64,000 nucleotides of DNA from positions 81,261 through 145,260 of the forward strand of contig JBEKOM010000004.1 of assembly GCA_049521795.1 (NCBI GenBank), read 5' to 3'. Made by a program: the position numbers and the translations under genes. This stretch comes from Candidatus Bathyarchaeia archaeon (lineage in GTDB: Archaea; Thermoproteota; Bathyarchaeia; Bathyarchaeales; Bathycorpusculaceae). Numbering within the stretch: position 1 is the first letter of the stretch; each line of letters begins with the position of its first letter. The notes beneath the pieces were generated by a model. That model was not told where the DNA came from. It ran no database searches and was given only the letters and a program-made list of their open reading frames with translations. Of the stretch, positions 9,743 to 20,371 are shown piece by piece.

Positions 9743-12123
9743 TTTCCAAAGAAATCTGAGAGTTTTCTAGTCTCTTTTTCGCCCCCTTTCGACTGCAAGA
9801 GTTGCTCTTCTGATATGCCGAAGCTTTCAAGGATCCTGGTTGCAGCTGGCACAACCTGCTTCGACACGTAGTACTCCAAGTCCACTTCGTCATACGAAGC
9901 GAGCATGTACGGTTTGACCCTTTCATAGAGCCGCCCCGTGCCCGTAACGATTACAAAACCGATCTTGTCGCCGACGGAAAGTTCCCAGCCCTTCGCCCTA
10001 AGCATTTTGGCGGCCTCAACGTGGGAAGCCTTAACCTCATAATCTTCAGCAGGCTTGGTCAGCGTCTTCCAAATTATCAGGTCTCGGTAAGCAACACGCT
10101 TCTGCCTGAGCTCATAGATGAACTGCTGCACGAAATCGGCTGCCTTCTTGGGCGACTGTTCCTTCAAAATGATCTCTAAGACTTTTTCCTGCACCTTCTT
10201 TGCTATCGCCGCCCAGTCTCCGCGTACAACTTCCATACCGACGATGTCAAGTCTCCCATCCGGTAAAAGACCAGCATACCGCTTCTTTGCTTCAGTGAAA
10301 AAAATGCGCACGTAGATCTCGTCAGGTTTGACTTCCAACCCCATTTTCTCCTTTATCTCTCGTGACAGTCTATCAATCTTTTCTGGCTGATTCTCAACAA
10401 AAATGCTGTCAGTGTCACCGTAGACGACCTTCAACTTCTCTTCTCTGGCCATTTCGATCGCTGTCATTATCGTGTGTCTTCCCCACGCAGCGGCTGCCTC
10501 AGCAACAGGCTTCACGTACCATCTGGCACCTATCCACCCAGCATAGCCATAGGAGGCGTTGGTTAAGATCTTCACGGCTTTCTGACGAGCATCTAAGACA
10601 CGATACTCCACACTTCCCGGCTTGAGCTTACTCATTTTGGGCCGGATTTCGTCTCGAACTTCAATCAGGTAAGACAGAACCTCCTTGTAGAAGCCCGGAG
10701 GCTCCCTTCGGAACCTATGATTGACCTCAGGAGCTTCGTATGTTCCGCCAGAAGGCAACGGATCATTGGGCGACACGTAGGTGTCCGGCGAGAGGTTATA
10801 GTTAATCATTAAGTTTGGGTACATTGATTTGAAGTCGAGGACAGCGATGTTTTCGTGCAGCCCTGGCTCTGGCTGAAGCACCAAACCGCCCGCGTAGGAC
10901 CTGTAGGGTTGCTCAACTCTCCTGGGCACGAGCTCGCCGATCCCGTGAGTACGCTTTATGAGGAACCATTCCACCCGAAAGCCCGCAGCCGCTGTTCCAA
11001 CATGGTCCATGGGCAATCCTACGAGATTGGAAAGCTGCATGGCGAAGTCCAAAATCGCCTCTGCAATACCCACAATGCAACGGGTATTGTCTGCCGAAAA
11101 CTTCGCCAAGATCTCGCGTTTGTCTTCACTGTCCCAGAAGTTTGGGAAGTCTATGTCTTCGATGATCTTTCGGTTCTCAATCTTCATGATACCCAAGTAA
11201 TCGGCAAGGTTGGCCAGAGTCTTGACCTTTACCTCTGGAAATTCCTCTGCATAATCTGCAAGGTCCAAGTTTGCCCTTCCAGTCAGCGAAACGTGACCGT
11301 ACACACTCGTGTGAGGTTCAGTCTGAGTCCTGTCAACGTACAAGTGTAATCCGAGCTTCTTGCATCTCTCTTTGAGAAAAGGCCAGTCTTGTCCATTGTT
11401 GCCGTAACCTACGATTATGTCTGGATCGAAGCTTCGAACATACTCCGCAAAAGCCTCCAACACTGGCTTGTCGCTCTTGTCATCGCCGGCCAAGAACTGT
11501 TTATGTTCGTCTTTGTTGGTTGCGGTTGAAACAATTATCACGGGATTTCTGTCTGGTTTAGGCGAACCCTCTCTGCTGTAGTAGATTGATGAAAAGCCCA
11601 GTATGCGCAAGGGTGGAGCTTCAACCTTTTCAAGAAGCTGCGGAAACGATTTTGCTGAGTAAACCTTGTCAATTCGAGCCTTGCTTTTGTTAGGTTCGCC
11701 AACCACTTCTGTTTCGTGCCATCCGCATGGAACAACGTTGTTGTCTATCATGTACCGCATGGTGTATCGAATGTCGTCTTCGAGACAGTCTTTGACGCCT
11801 TCGAGCTTTCGAAGAGCCTTCGCATAATCCTGCATAACATCAGGATTCTTGCAGTAGACCTTCACGGTCCTAACGGGTTTTCCAAAAAACCTTCGCTCAA
11901 CAATTTCAAGCTTCGAAACACAGGGAAAACGACCTTGATCAATTTCGTTAACGACCTTCTCAGGGTCTGCACCGTCTTCAATCACAGCGTAGAAGTACGA
12001 GGCAAAGTTCCTGTCTATGACAAGCACTCTTTCTCCAGAAGGGGTTACACCCCAGAGCCAGATTTCTGGAACCTCGTCTTTAACCTCGTAGTTCAAGTCT
12101 AAGAGCCAAAAAGTGACTTTCAT
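9739..12123 (-). CDS. polB: Family B DNA polymerase (PolB3-like)
   Basis: DFKSMYP, KILTNASYGY, YGDTDS, KKRY, GMEVVRGDW motifs. Confidence 0.95.
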   Translation of the reverse strand: MKVTFWLLDLNYEVKDEVPEIWLWGVTPSGERVLVIDRNFASYFYAVIEDGADPEKVVNEIDQGRFPCVSKLEIVERRFFGKPVRTVKVYCKNPDVMQDYAKALRKLEGVKDCLEDDIRYTMRYMIDNNVVPCGWHETEVVGEPNKSKARIDKVYSAKSFPQLLEKVEAPPLRILGFSSIYYSREGSPKPDRNPVIIVSTATNKDEHKQFLAGDDKSDKPVLEAFAEYVRSFDPDIIVGYGNNGQDWPFLKERCKKLGLHLYVDRTQTEPHTSVYGHVSLTGRANLDLADYAEEFPEVKVKTLANLADYLGIMKIENRKIIEDIDFPNFWDSEDKREILAKFSADNTRCIVGIAEAILDFAMQLSNLVGLPMDHVGTAAAGFRVEWFLIKRTHGIGELVPRRVEQPYRSYAGGLVLQPEPGLHENIAVLDFKSMYPNLMINYNLSPDTYVSPNDPLPSGGTYEAPEVNHRFRREPPGFYKEVLSYLIEVRDEIRPKMSKLKPGSVEYRVLDARQKAVKILTNASYGYAGWIGARWYVKPVAEAAAAWGRHTIMTAIEMAREEKLKVVYGDTDSIFVENQPEKIDRLSREIKEKMGLEVKPDEIYVRIFFTEAKKRYAGLLPDGRLDIVGMEVVRGDWAAIAKKVQEKVLEIILKEQSPKKAADFVQQFIYELRQKRVAYRDLIIWKTLTKPAEDYEVKASHVEAAKMLRAKGWELSVGDKIGFVIVTGTGRLYERVKPYMLASYDEVDLEYYVSKQVVPAATRILESFGISEEQLLQSKGGEKETRKLSDFFGN

Positions 12124-12237
12124 CGAAGATTCTCCAATCCTAGACTATCATTAGTGGATGAAAACATGCTTTTAAAGGCTTTAGATTCTGTGAAAATCCA
12201 AGAGCAAAGCGCATCTGAACGATTTCAAAAAGCTGAC

Positions 12238-14361
12238 TCAGACGTGCTTCTTGAGCAAGTCCACCACATCGGGGTAGTCTATTCCCAAAGCTTTCACTTT
12301 TTCGACTGTGGGCACGCCGTTTGGGTTCCATCCTCGTCTTGCGTAAACAGCGTCTTTCAGTCTTTCGTACTCCGTCTCTCTGTACTTCCTCAGGATAGCG
12401 ATCTTCTCCTCGGTTGACTTCCCCTGAGGGCTGTAACCGAGCTTTTCCTTAAGTTGTTTATCGTAGCGTTCTGCTCTGCTTTCGTACTCTTCCTTGGTTG
12501 CTGGGCCTACAGCGCGGTAGGGTAACGTGTCATTCTGCCGTGTGCCGAAACCCATCCGAAGACTGAAGACTCGTTGAAAGTTGTAGACCCTCTCACTCAT
12601 GAAGATCAAATCGTCTGGCGTGGTCTTCATACCCGTGACCGCTGAAAAAAACTTTGCATAGTTTTCGACGTGTGAAACAACCTTGGCCGGTTCTTTCGTC
12701 TTCTTGTTGTCCACTGGAACCACGTCGTTCCACGGAAGTTTGCAGAGGCCGTTCAGGCCAAACCAAGTGCGAAACATGGGGAACCAGTGCAGGTTTTCAG
12801 CCTTCTGCTCAAAGGTGGGCATCAAGTTGTGCACCATGTCTAAGAATATTAGCCAAGCCTCGTCGTGCTGAGGACCTTTCAGCGCAAGCCCGTAGCCGCC
12901 CTGCTGGGCTAGCGATTCCTTTGTCACATACTCCGAGAACTCTAACCCTTTTGATTCCATGCCGATGTCCTGCAGAACCTTGGAGTCTGCGCCGTATTTC
13001 TCTGCGAAAAGCCTCTTCATCCGTTTGATTCCCTGTCCGATCACGACGCCGAAGCCTACACCCTTCGCCATCTGATGAACCAATTCAAGAGCCGCTTCCT
13101 TGTTGCCGAACCTCAAGTCCAGACCCCCAGTCGCTTTCTTGTCGATGAGTCCCATCTCGTAGCATTCCATTGCAAAGGCGGTGGCTGTGCCCACTGAAAT
13201 TGTGTCCAAACCGTACGTGTCGCAGTAGAAGTTCATCTCGACAACATGGTCGGCATTGAATATTCCACAGTTGCTTCCCACACCGGCGATTGTTTCGTAT
13301 TCTGGTCCGTTCACGAACACTTTCTGCCCCTTGTAGGGACCTGTTTTAAGCTCAAAGTCTTTGATGCCGTGGGCGCATGACATTGCGCAGCCCATCCAGC
13401 AACCGTCAAAGCCTCTGTGGAACTTGTTTCTGTAGACTTCTCGCCCCAATTTCTCTGCTTCAGGGTTGCTGCCGAACCTGAAGTTGTTTATGGGAAGCAG
13501 GTCGAAGTCGTTCATTATCAGCACGAGATGGGTCGTGCCGACAGAGGCCATTTCGTTTTGCGCGGGGTCAAGGTTTCGGATCTCCTGACTGTGAGCCGTG
13601 CCGACCTGTTTAACCATTTCGGGGTCAGCCGGGCCGTTTGTGTCCACTGAAATCTTGCCAGAGTACTTGACAGCTATTGCCTTCACTCTCTTGTTCCTTA
13701 GGACCGTGCCTATTCCCCCTCTGCCAGCCTGTTTGAACCTGTGGATCTTGCGTGCAGCGTCGTACCATGAGAGGTTGAGACATCCGAATCGCGTGTGCTC
13801 AGCGCCTGGACCAGAAGAAACTACTGATACGCATCGGCCGTTCTCTCCGCCATATTTCTTGGCCAAATAATCCGTGATCGGATAAGTCTCTGAGGGCAGT
13901 TGTGAGGCATTTTCAATCTGAACTTTGCCTTCGTCACCGTCGATTAGAACAATGACTTCAGACTGGGCTTTTCCCTGAATTTCAAGGGCATCCCATCCCG
14001 CAAACTTCAAGTAAGGCCCAAAGTATCCGCCGACGTTCGAATCGACAACGGTGTCGGTCAACGGCGAAATCGAAACCGCTATGCTCTTTCCACTGCCCGG
14101 ATAGACAGGGGTTCCCCCTAACGGACCGCATGCGATGCAGATTTCGTTTTCAGGGTCGTCCCATTTGGCGATACGGTCTCTAGGCAAAGCATTCCAGAGA
14201 AGCCAGAGGTTGAAGCCGCGGCCGCCTGTGAATTTTTCCTTCATCTCTCGGCTGACTGGTTTGCTTACGACCTGCATGTTTGAGAGGTTTACGTACAAGG
14301 TTCTGTTGTTGTAGCCTCTTTCAACTTTGTTTAGCTTGTACCTGAACTCGGCGATGACCAA
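12238..14361 (-). CDS. aor: Tungsten-dependent aldehyde:ferredoxin oxidoreductase family protein
   Basis: GGRG, SPLT, AGRGG.G.V..K.VKAI, CxxCxxxC, GPEYET, D.YGLDTIS motifs; start at TTG after a GGTGG RBS. Confidence 0.9.
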   Translation of the reverse strand: MVIAEFRYKLNKVERGYNNRTLYVNLSNMQVVSKPVSREMKEKFTGGRGFNLWLLWNALPRDRIAKWDDPENEICIACGPLGGTPVYPGSGKSIAVSISPLTDTVVDSNVGGYFGPYLKFAGWDALEIQGKAQSEVIVLIDGDEGKVQIENASQLPSETYPITDYLAKKYGGENGRCVSVVSSGPGAEHTRFGCLNLSWYDAARKIHRFKQAGRGGIGTVLRNKRVKAIAVKYSGKISVDTNGPADPEMVKQVGTAHSQEIRNLDPAQNEMASVGTTHLVLIMNDFDLLPINNFRFGSNPEAEKLGREVYRNKFHRGFDGCWMGCAMSCAHGIKDFELKTGPYKGQKVFVNGPEYETIAGVGSNCGIFNADHVVEMNFYCDTYGLDTISVGTATAFAMECYEMGLIDKKATGGLDLRFGNKEAALELVHQMAKGVGFGVVIGQGIKRMKRLFAEKYGADSKVLQDIGMESKGLEFSEYVTKESLAQQGGYGLALKGPQHDEAWLIFLDMVHNLMPTFEQKAENLHWFPMFRTWFGLNGLCKLPWNDVVPVDNKKTKEPAKVVSHVENYAKFFSAVTGMKTTPDDLIFMSERVYNFQRVFSLRMGFGTRQNDTLPYRAVGPATKEEYESRAERYDKQLKEKLGYSPQGKSTEEKIAILRKYRETEYERLKDAVYARRGWNPNGVPTVEKVKALGIDYPDVVDLLKKHV

Positions 14362-14569
14362 ACACGGCCACCTTACACGGTTTTGAAGCAAGAGCAACAC
14401 GAGACGAACAAATAGCCTTTTCGACATGAAGTTACGAGTTTAGACCTCAAACCAAACCGATCCTCTAGCTTAAGGAACTGAATCGTTCGACCTCGTACTG
14501 CTTGATTTACACCTTTAATAGACGAAGAGATTATTGGATGCTGAACACCAAGCTTACAGGCTGAGAGTC

Positions 14570-15649
14570 TTGAGAATCCTGGAAATAAACCGTAAGAAAG
14601 AGTATGTGAAGATCATTCCAGAAACAGCGGATGATTTCTGGCATCTGTACAACGTTATCAGCAAAGATGACATGGTTTACGCTAGAACAACTCGAGAAAT
14701 GAAGGCTGACGAGAAGTACGGGAGACCCAAGCGCGGAGAAAGAATCCCTGTTTTTCTAGGCGTCAGCGTTGAAAATGTCGACTGGGACAAGTTCTTGGGC
14801 AGGCTCAGAGTTCACGGAATCATCCGCGATGCTCCTGAGGACGTTCCATCAGGTGTGCACCACACGCTTAACATCACGCTCAACACGCCGATGACGATCG
14901 TTAAGGAGAATTGGGCTGAACATGAAATTGAGAGGTTACGGAGGGCGAGCAAGACATCTGAGAAACCGATCATAATAATCTCGATAGACGACGAAGGCTA
15001 TGCGATTGCTACAACTGCTCAGTACGGCGTTGAACAGAGGGTTGAGCAGAGAATGAGGCTTCCTGGAAAGCTGGAGACTGAGAAGAGAGATGCGGCTACA
15101 AGCGTGTACTTCAGGGGAGCACTCAACAGTCTGCGGGAAATCTGGACGCAGACGCGCAGCCCCATAGCAGTCATCGGTGTTGGCTTTACAAAGAATGATT
15201 TTGCAAAGTTCATAGAGAACGAGGCGGCCGACTTGGCGAAATCGGTGGTAGACGTGAAAAGTGTCAACAGCGGCGGTGTTGCGGGAATTTACGAGGCGCT
15301 TCGGGCAGGAATACTTTTAAAAGCGGTGAAGCATCTGCGGGTTTCTGAAGAAGCAAGCGTGGTAGAGGAAGTTTTGAAGAGATTAGGAAAGGGCGAATCA
15401 AACGTTACTTACGGTTTTGAAGAGGTTGAGAAGGCAGCGAAGCTTGGGGCCGTTGAAAAACTTGTTTTGGCAGACGCGGTGCTCCGAAGGGCTGACGAAC
15501 AGAAGCGCTTGCTGGTCGAGGAGATCATGAGGACCGTTGAACAGAAAGGTGGCGGTACCACCATGATCGTGAGCACCGAGCATGAAGCGGGAACAAAACT
15601 GCTTGCTTTGAGCGGGATAGCCGCGCTTCTTCGCTACCCAGTTTTCTGA
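14570..15649 (+). CDS. pelA: Pelota (mRNA surveillance / ribosome rescue factor)
   Basis: PETADDFWHLYNVI, LRVHG, HHTLNI, YG.EEV..A..GAVE.L, GIAALLRY. Confidence 0.94.
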   Translation: MRILEINRKKEYVKIIPETADDFWHLYNVISKDDMVYARTTREMKADEKYGRPKRGERIPVFLGVSVENVDWDKFLGRLRVHGIIRDAPEDVPSGVHHTLNITLNTPMTIVKENWAEHEIERLRRASKTSEKPIIIISIDDEGYAIATTAQYGVEQRVEQRMRLPGKLETEKRDAATSVYFRGALNSLREIWTQTRSPIAVIGVGFTKNDFAKFIENEAADLAKSVVDVKSVNSGGVAGIYEALRAGILLKAVKHLRVSEEASVVEEVLKRLGKGESNVTYGFEEVEKAAKLGAVEKLVLADAVLRRADEQKRLLVEEIMRTVEQKGGGTTMIVSTEHEAGTKLLALSGIAALLRYPVF

Positions 15650-15776
15650 GCCTCGAAAAATCAACCGTACATCCATTCTCGAATGCAAGAATTCAGTTTG
15701 CTAAACGAAAAAGTGAGGCAAACTGTATTATATAAAGCCATTCTATATCAGTCGAGTGAGTTTGAGATGAAAGATA

Positions 15777-16346
15777 ATGCCGAAGACAAAACCGACGATC
15801 CGCATCCAAAATATCGTTGCGTCAGCGGCTCTTAACCAGAGGATAAACTTGGGGAAGATAGTTCAGAAGTTCCCCTTTGCCGAGTACAGCCCCCGTGTGT
15901 TCCCTGGACTCGTTTTCCGGCTGAAGAAGCCGAAGACGGCTACTCTCATATTTGAAACGGGCAAGATGGTCTGCACGGGTGCAAAATCGGAGAAAGAAGC
16001 GATTCAAGCGGTGAACAAGGTTACTAAGGAGCTGCGAAGCCATGGGATACCGCTTCCTAACAAGCCTGAGGTTAAAATTCAGAACATCGTCGCTTCTGCA
16101 GAGTTAAACGGAGAAATAGACTTGGAAAACCTTGTCTACAAGCTTCAGAAAGTGATGTATGAGCCGGAGCAGTTTCCGGGAGCAGTTTTCAGGATGGATG
16201 AGCCGAAGGTTGTGTTCCTCATTTTCTCAGCTGGAAAGCTGGTGTGCGTGGGGGCAAAACAGGAGGGAGACGTCTACGAAGCGGTCGGCAAGCTTCAGCA
16301 GCTACTGGAGGAGAAGGAACTCATCTTTTATCCGCCTGATGCATGA
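15777..16346 (+). CDS. tbp: TATA-box binding protein, paralog A
   Basis: Two repeats IQNIVAS..FPG..FR..LIF..GK.VC.GAK. Confidence 0.95.
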   Translation: MPKTKPTIRIQNIVASAALNQRINLGKIVQKFPFAEYSPRVFPGLVFRLKKPKTATLIFETGKMVCTGAKSEKEAIQAVNKVTKELRSHGIPLPNKPEVKIQNIVASAELNGEIDLENLVYKLQKVMYEPEQFPGAVFRMDEPKVVFLIFSAGKLVCVGAKQEGDVYEAVGKLQQLLEEKELIFYPPDA

Positions 16347-16349
16347 AGT

Positions 16350-17060
16350 CTAAAAGTGGCTTTTCAGTCGCCTGCGAACTGCAGGATTCTCTTTGACAAG
16401 CCTTCTCAGAACCATCTCGAAAGTTTCGCTTGGAACAAGCTCCTGCTTTATGAAGACGCCAGTTCTGCCGACTTCGTCTCTTCTTATAAGGGCGTGAACG
16501 CGGTCCAGCACTGTTTCCACACCTATGCCTAACGTTTTTGCGACCTGCTCCTCTCGGCCCACGACCGTGCTCTCTCTGTGGCCTTTCTCCGTCGGTTCGA
16601 TGAGCATCAAGCGCTTGTCGACGCCGGGCGTGCGCAGACCTTTTCTGACGCTGTCAGAGTTGGCTTCGCCGCCGAACTTGTAGAATTCTCTTTCAACCTT
16701 GCGGAGTCTCATCAGGGGAAACGTGACGCTTGTGCTCTCGTCGACTTCGATGTTGGCCTTCATGGCGTAGTTGGGCGTGGCCTGAACAACCAAGCGTCTG
16801 TTGACTGGTACGCCCGCCTTTTCTAGCGCTGTCTCAACGGCAAAAGATGAAACTTGTGTTGGTATGAAGATGTCGATGTCGCTCTTCTCGGACACGTCTC
16901 CTCTTGCGATGCTTCCGTGCACAAGGGTTTCGACGTGGGTTTTTTCGATGGATTCCATTATGCGGAGGGTTTTCTTCCTGAGCTGTTCGAGCAGAAGCCA
17001 ACGGTCGCCAGTGTAAACGACAATTCGAAGTTCAGAGCGTCTTGTGGGCTTTTTCGCCAT
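16350..17060 (-). CDS. Archaeal nucleotidyltransferase-domain protein (COG2413-like)
   Basis: HGSIARGDVSEKSDIDIF; EFYKFGG, GVDKRL, RRDEVGRTGVF. Confidence 0.85.
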   Translation of the reverse strand: MAKKPTRRSELRIVVYTGDRWLLLEQLRKKTLRIMESIEKTHVETLVHGSIARGDVSEKSDIDIFIPTQVSSFAVETALEKAGVPVNRRLVVQATPNYAMKANIEVDESTSVTFPLMRLRKVEREFYKFGGEANSDSVRKGLRTPGVDKRLMLIEPTEKGHRESTVVGREEQVAKTLGIGVETVLDRVHALIRRDEVGRTGVFIKQELVPSETFEMVLRRLVKENPAVRRRLKSHF

Positions 17061-17162
17061 CCTTCAGCCTCTTCTGTGAGATCGTGTGCTCGTTTTTATG
17101 TTGAACCGTGGAGAGGTCAGTTGCCTGCTGTGGACGCGTGTTTGTGGTGGTCTTCGGTTTGG

Positions 17163-18437
17163 TTAGCGGAGTTTTTGTTTGCGCCTGGAGGATTTTGTGA
17201 TGGCAACCGCTGTCAGTGTGAGGATTAGCAGGATTATTAGTGGAGACTGGTATTCGGGGACTGGTGGGTTAGTGTCACCTGTAACTGTTCCGGAGATTGT
17301 TCCCGACTGCTCTGGGGGGATTTTTGTCAGCGCAAAGTTTGCTTGTGAGACGGTGTTGACTGTTACCGATACGTTTTGGGATGACGGTGTGTAGCCTGGC
17401 TTGAAGGCCGTTACGTTGTAGGTGTCTGTCTGCAGCCCAGTTGAGATCATGTAGTTTCCCGAAGTGTCGGTGTACGTGGATTCGCTGCTGGACGTGTGTT
17501 GGCCTTCGGCAGTGACGAGGGCGCCGGCTATCGGTGTGCTGCCTGTGTCTGTGACTTTGCCGATGATGGTGCCTGAGGTTGTTAAGATGTTCATCACGAA
17601 GTTGATGTTGCTGGTTTCTTGACCTTCGACGACGGGCACGCTTGCGTTTGGCATGGCGAAGCCGCCTGGATAGGTTGCGGTTACAATGTAGGTTCCGTTT
17701 GCCAGGCCGTCTGATATGGAGTAGTGGCCGGACGCGTCCGTTTTGGCAGTGCCCATCGCCATGGAGGTCGACAATGCTATAACGGTAACGTTCGCGAGAG
17801 GGACACTGGACGTGTCGGTGACTGTCCCGGAGATTGTGCCTGAGTGTTCCAAGGCCATGTCGTGCGCGGTTGTTATCGCTCCCTCAGATACTGAGATTGA
17901 TCCAAGCGTCTTGCTGATGTGCCCTTTGGGGAACAGAACGGTCACGTTGTAGTTTCCTGTTGCCAGGTTGGTCACGATTGTGTAGTTTCCGAGGATGTCT
18001 GTTAACCCTGCCCAGCCGAAGCTGCCAGTGGAGGACAAGACAGTGACGGTGACGTTGTTCAGCCCTATGTGGGTCGAGGCGTCGGTTATTCTTCCCGAGA
18101 CTCCGCCTGAGACGTTCATGTAGGGGTTTTCGATTGTGGTTCCGCCCACCGTGACGGAGACGTTTTCAACCGTGAATTCTAGGTACCCGTTGCTGATAAC
18201 GGTGAGGGTGTAGTTGCCGGCTGGCAGGCCGCTTGTGATGCTGTAGTGTCCGTTGAGGTCGGTTGTGGCGGTTCCGAAGCCGATGTTCGAAGTGGCCGTT
18301 ACCACTGCGTTCTGCACTGGCACTCCTGAGCTTGCGTAGACTGTTCCGGAGAAGGTTTCGTTCGGCGGGGCCGAAACGTTGAGCATGAAGAATGGAAGAG
18401 CGAGGCTGGTTAGGATGAGAAGCATGATTGTCTTCAT
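17163..18437 (-). CDS. Surface glycoprotein with four carboxypeptidase-regulatory-like repeats and PEF-like C-terminal anchor
   Basis: Signal peptide; repeats ISG.VTD..P...TD..G.Y.I..L..G.Y.VT; VPEY + TM helix + basic tail. Confidence 0.85.
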   Translation of the reverse strand: MKTIMLLILTSLALPFFMLNVSAPPNETFSGTVYASSGVPVQNAVVTATSNIGFGTATTDLNGHYSITSGLPAGNYTLTVISNGYLEFTVENVSVTVGGTTIENPYMNVSGGVSGRITDASTHIGLNNVTVTVLSSTGSFGWAGLTDILGNYTIVTNLATGNYNVTVLFPKGHISKTLGSISVSEGAITTAHDMALEHSGTISGTVTDTSSVPLANVTVIALSTSMAMGTAKTDASGHYSISDGLANGTYIVTATYPGGFAMPNASVPVVEGQETSNINFVMNILTTSGTIIGKVTDTGSTPIAGALVTAEGQHTSSSESTYTDTSGNYMISTGLQTDTYNVTAFKPGYTPSSQNVSVTVNTVSQANFALTKIPPEQSGTISGTVTGDTNPPVPEYQSPLIILLILTLTAVAITKSSRRKQKLR

Positions 18438-18635
18438 GGCTGAAACTCTTTTCAACTCTAAGCGGGTCGTGTTTTCACCAGAGTCGTACTTAGCGCCTGT
18501 AACGATATTAAAGGCTTGTGGCACTGGGCGTGCGATGCGAGGATGAGCGTTTGGTCGAGCGCGCCAAGAGGGTCTTTGACGGCGTTCAATAGGCTAACAT
18601 ATACATGGGTCCTGCCTCTATGTTCAGCGAGGAAG

Positions 18636-19583
18636 TTGGCAGTGGCGAGCAGGAATGTCTGTGACGTTTGCGGTCGGCGTGAGGCGTTCTTTTTCAGGCC
18701 GTACTCCGGCGTTAGCCTGTGCAAACGATGCTTGACCGAGTCCGTGGAGGAGAAGGTGAGGGCCACCATCGTGAAGTACGGCATGTTTGAGTTTGACGAC
18801 ATCATTGCTGTCGCGGTTTCAGGCGGGAAGGACAGTGTCGGCCTCATGCACGTGTTGGCGAGGTTGGAGAAGAGGCATCCTAGGGCTCGTCTTGTCGCCG
18901 TCACCGTGGACGAGGGGATCAGGGGTTACCGGGACGAAGCGTTGAAGATTGCTTCCGAAAACTGTAGGAAGCTGAGTGTGAAGCACATCGTGGTGTCTTT
19001 TGAGGAACTGTTCGGCTACACGTTGGACGATATGGTCAGGCGCCTTAGGAGGAAGGGCGCTGATGAGGAGACGCCGTGCGCGTGGTGCGGTGTGCTAAGG
19101 AGGAGAGCGCTGAACGTTACGGCGAGGAGGCTTAAAGCAGACAAGCTTGCGACGGCTCACACGCTGGATGATGAGGTGCAGACGATCCTGCTGAACATTC
19201 TCCACGGCGATGTCCTGCGGATCGCGAGGGAGAAGCCGGCCACGGATATGCTTCATCCGAAGCTTGTGCGGAGGATTAAGCCGTTCTGCATGGTTCCTGA
19301 GAGGGAGACTTCCTTGTACGCATACCTCAGGGGAGTCAGGTTTCAAAGCACGCCGTGTCCGTACGCTTCGGAAGCGTTGAGAAACGACGCGCGCTTGATG
19401 CTCAACAGGATGGAAGAGAAGCACGCCGGGATCAAATTCACCGTCTTCAAGTCGCTTGAGAAGATAAGGCCGGCCCTGGAAGACGTTGCAAGGAAGGAAG
19501 GCTTAGGCGTATGCAGCGAGTGCGGCGAGCCGACGACCGACAAAGTCTGCAGGACATGTCAGATGCTAAAACAGATAGAATGA
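18636..19583 (+). CDS. ttuA: tRNA 2-thiolation protein (TtuA/NcsA/Ctu1, TIGR00269-like)
   Basis: CxxC N-terminus, SGGKDS PP-loop, CAWCGVLRR, CPY, C-terminal CxxC pairs. Confidence 0.9.
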   Translation: MAVASRNVCDVCGRREAFFFRPYSGVSLCKRCLTESVEEKVRATIVKYGMFEFDDIIAVAVSGGKDSVGLMHVLARLEKRHPRARLVAVTVDEGIRGYRDEALKIASENCRKLSVKHIVVSFEELFGYTLDDMVRRLRRKGADEETPCAWCGVLRRRALNVTARRLKADKLATAHTLDDEVQTILLNILHGDVLRIAREKPATDMLHPKLVRRIKPFCMVPERETSLYAYLRGVRFQSTPCPYASEALRNDARLMLNRMEEKHAGIKFTVFKSLEKIRPALEDVARKEGLGVCSECGEPTTDKVCRTCQMLKQIE

Positions 19584-19829
19584 CTAGACGTTTGAAGAAG
19601 CAGACGCTAAATCCCTGCATTCCCGTCTTCAAAAGAAAGAAAAACCAGCTGAAATAGAAGATCAGCCTCATAAACACAATTCTATAAGCCAGTGCTAACA
19701 ACGGAGCTTCCACGTTGGCCTTGGACGCCGCCTGAGAAAACCTCACCGATCTTCAATTCTTTGACTTAGCAACGATGCGCTGGAGGATGAGTTCGTCTCT
19801 CTCAAAAAAAGAGAGAAAGAAAGGTGCAG

Positions 19830-20231
19830 TTACGGATTCATCGGTTGCATTATGCCCAATTGGTTTCCTTCAGGGTCGACGGCTATTGCGGTCCAGCCCA
19901 CATGTGGGACTTCTTGTTTTGGAACGATGATTTTTCCACCGAGCTTCTTGATTTTCTCAATGTATGCGTCAGCGGACTCGACTTGAATGTAGATGACGGG
20001 CTTCATCTCCTTTGTCTCTTTCGTTTTCTTATACATGCCTCCGTTGATTCCTGGTCGCAACGGTCGCATCTGCTCGTCCATTGGTACGGTTCCGAGAAGC
20101 CAGTATTCCATGCCGCTGCTCATATCTTCGCTGCCTTTCTCTATTTTCCATCCGAAGACTCCTGAATAGAACTTCTTCATTTTCTCAGTGTCGTTTACGG
20201 GAATTTCGAAATGAACGATTGTGTGGTCCAT
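19830..20231 (-). CDS. VOC/glyoxalase family protein
   Basis: IVHFEIP..FY..VFGW, GINGG, DPEGN. Confidence 0.9.
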   Translation of the reverse strand: MDHTIVHFEIPVNDTEKMKKFYSGVFGWKIEKGSEDMSSGMEYWLLGTVPMDEQMRPLRPGINGGMYKKTKETKEMKPVIYIQVESADAYIEKIKKLGGKIIVPKQEVPHVGWTAIAVDPEGNQLGIMQPMNP

Positions 20232-20371
20232 TCTTTTACCCTCAATTTTGAGAGAATGTCGCAGAGCGAGAATAATAAGCGTTGCTGCACAACCCCAGTA
20301 ACAGCGCATGCTGAGCGTCCGCGCAGTGGCTAAAGGTTTATAGGTTCTTTGTAACTCTGCTTGACGCGAAT

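Noticed and set aside
9739-12123. Possible intein in PolB
   Set aside because: Length of 794 aa is normal and polymerase motifs are contiguous.
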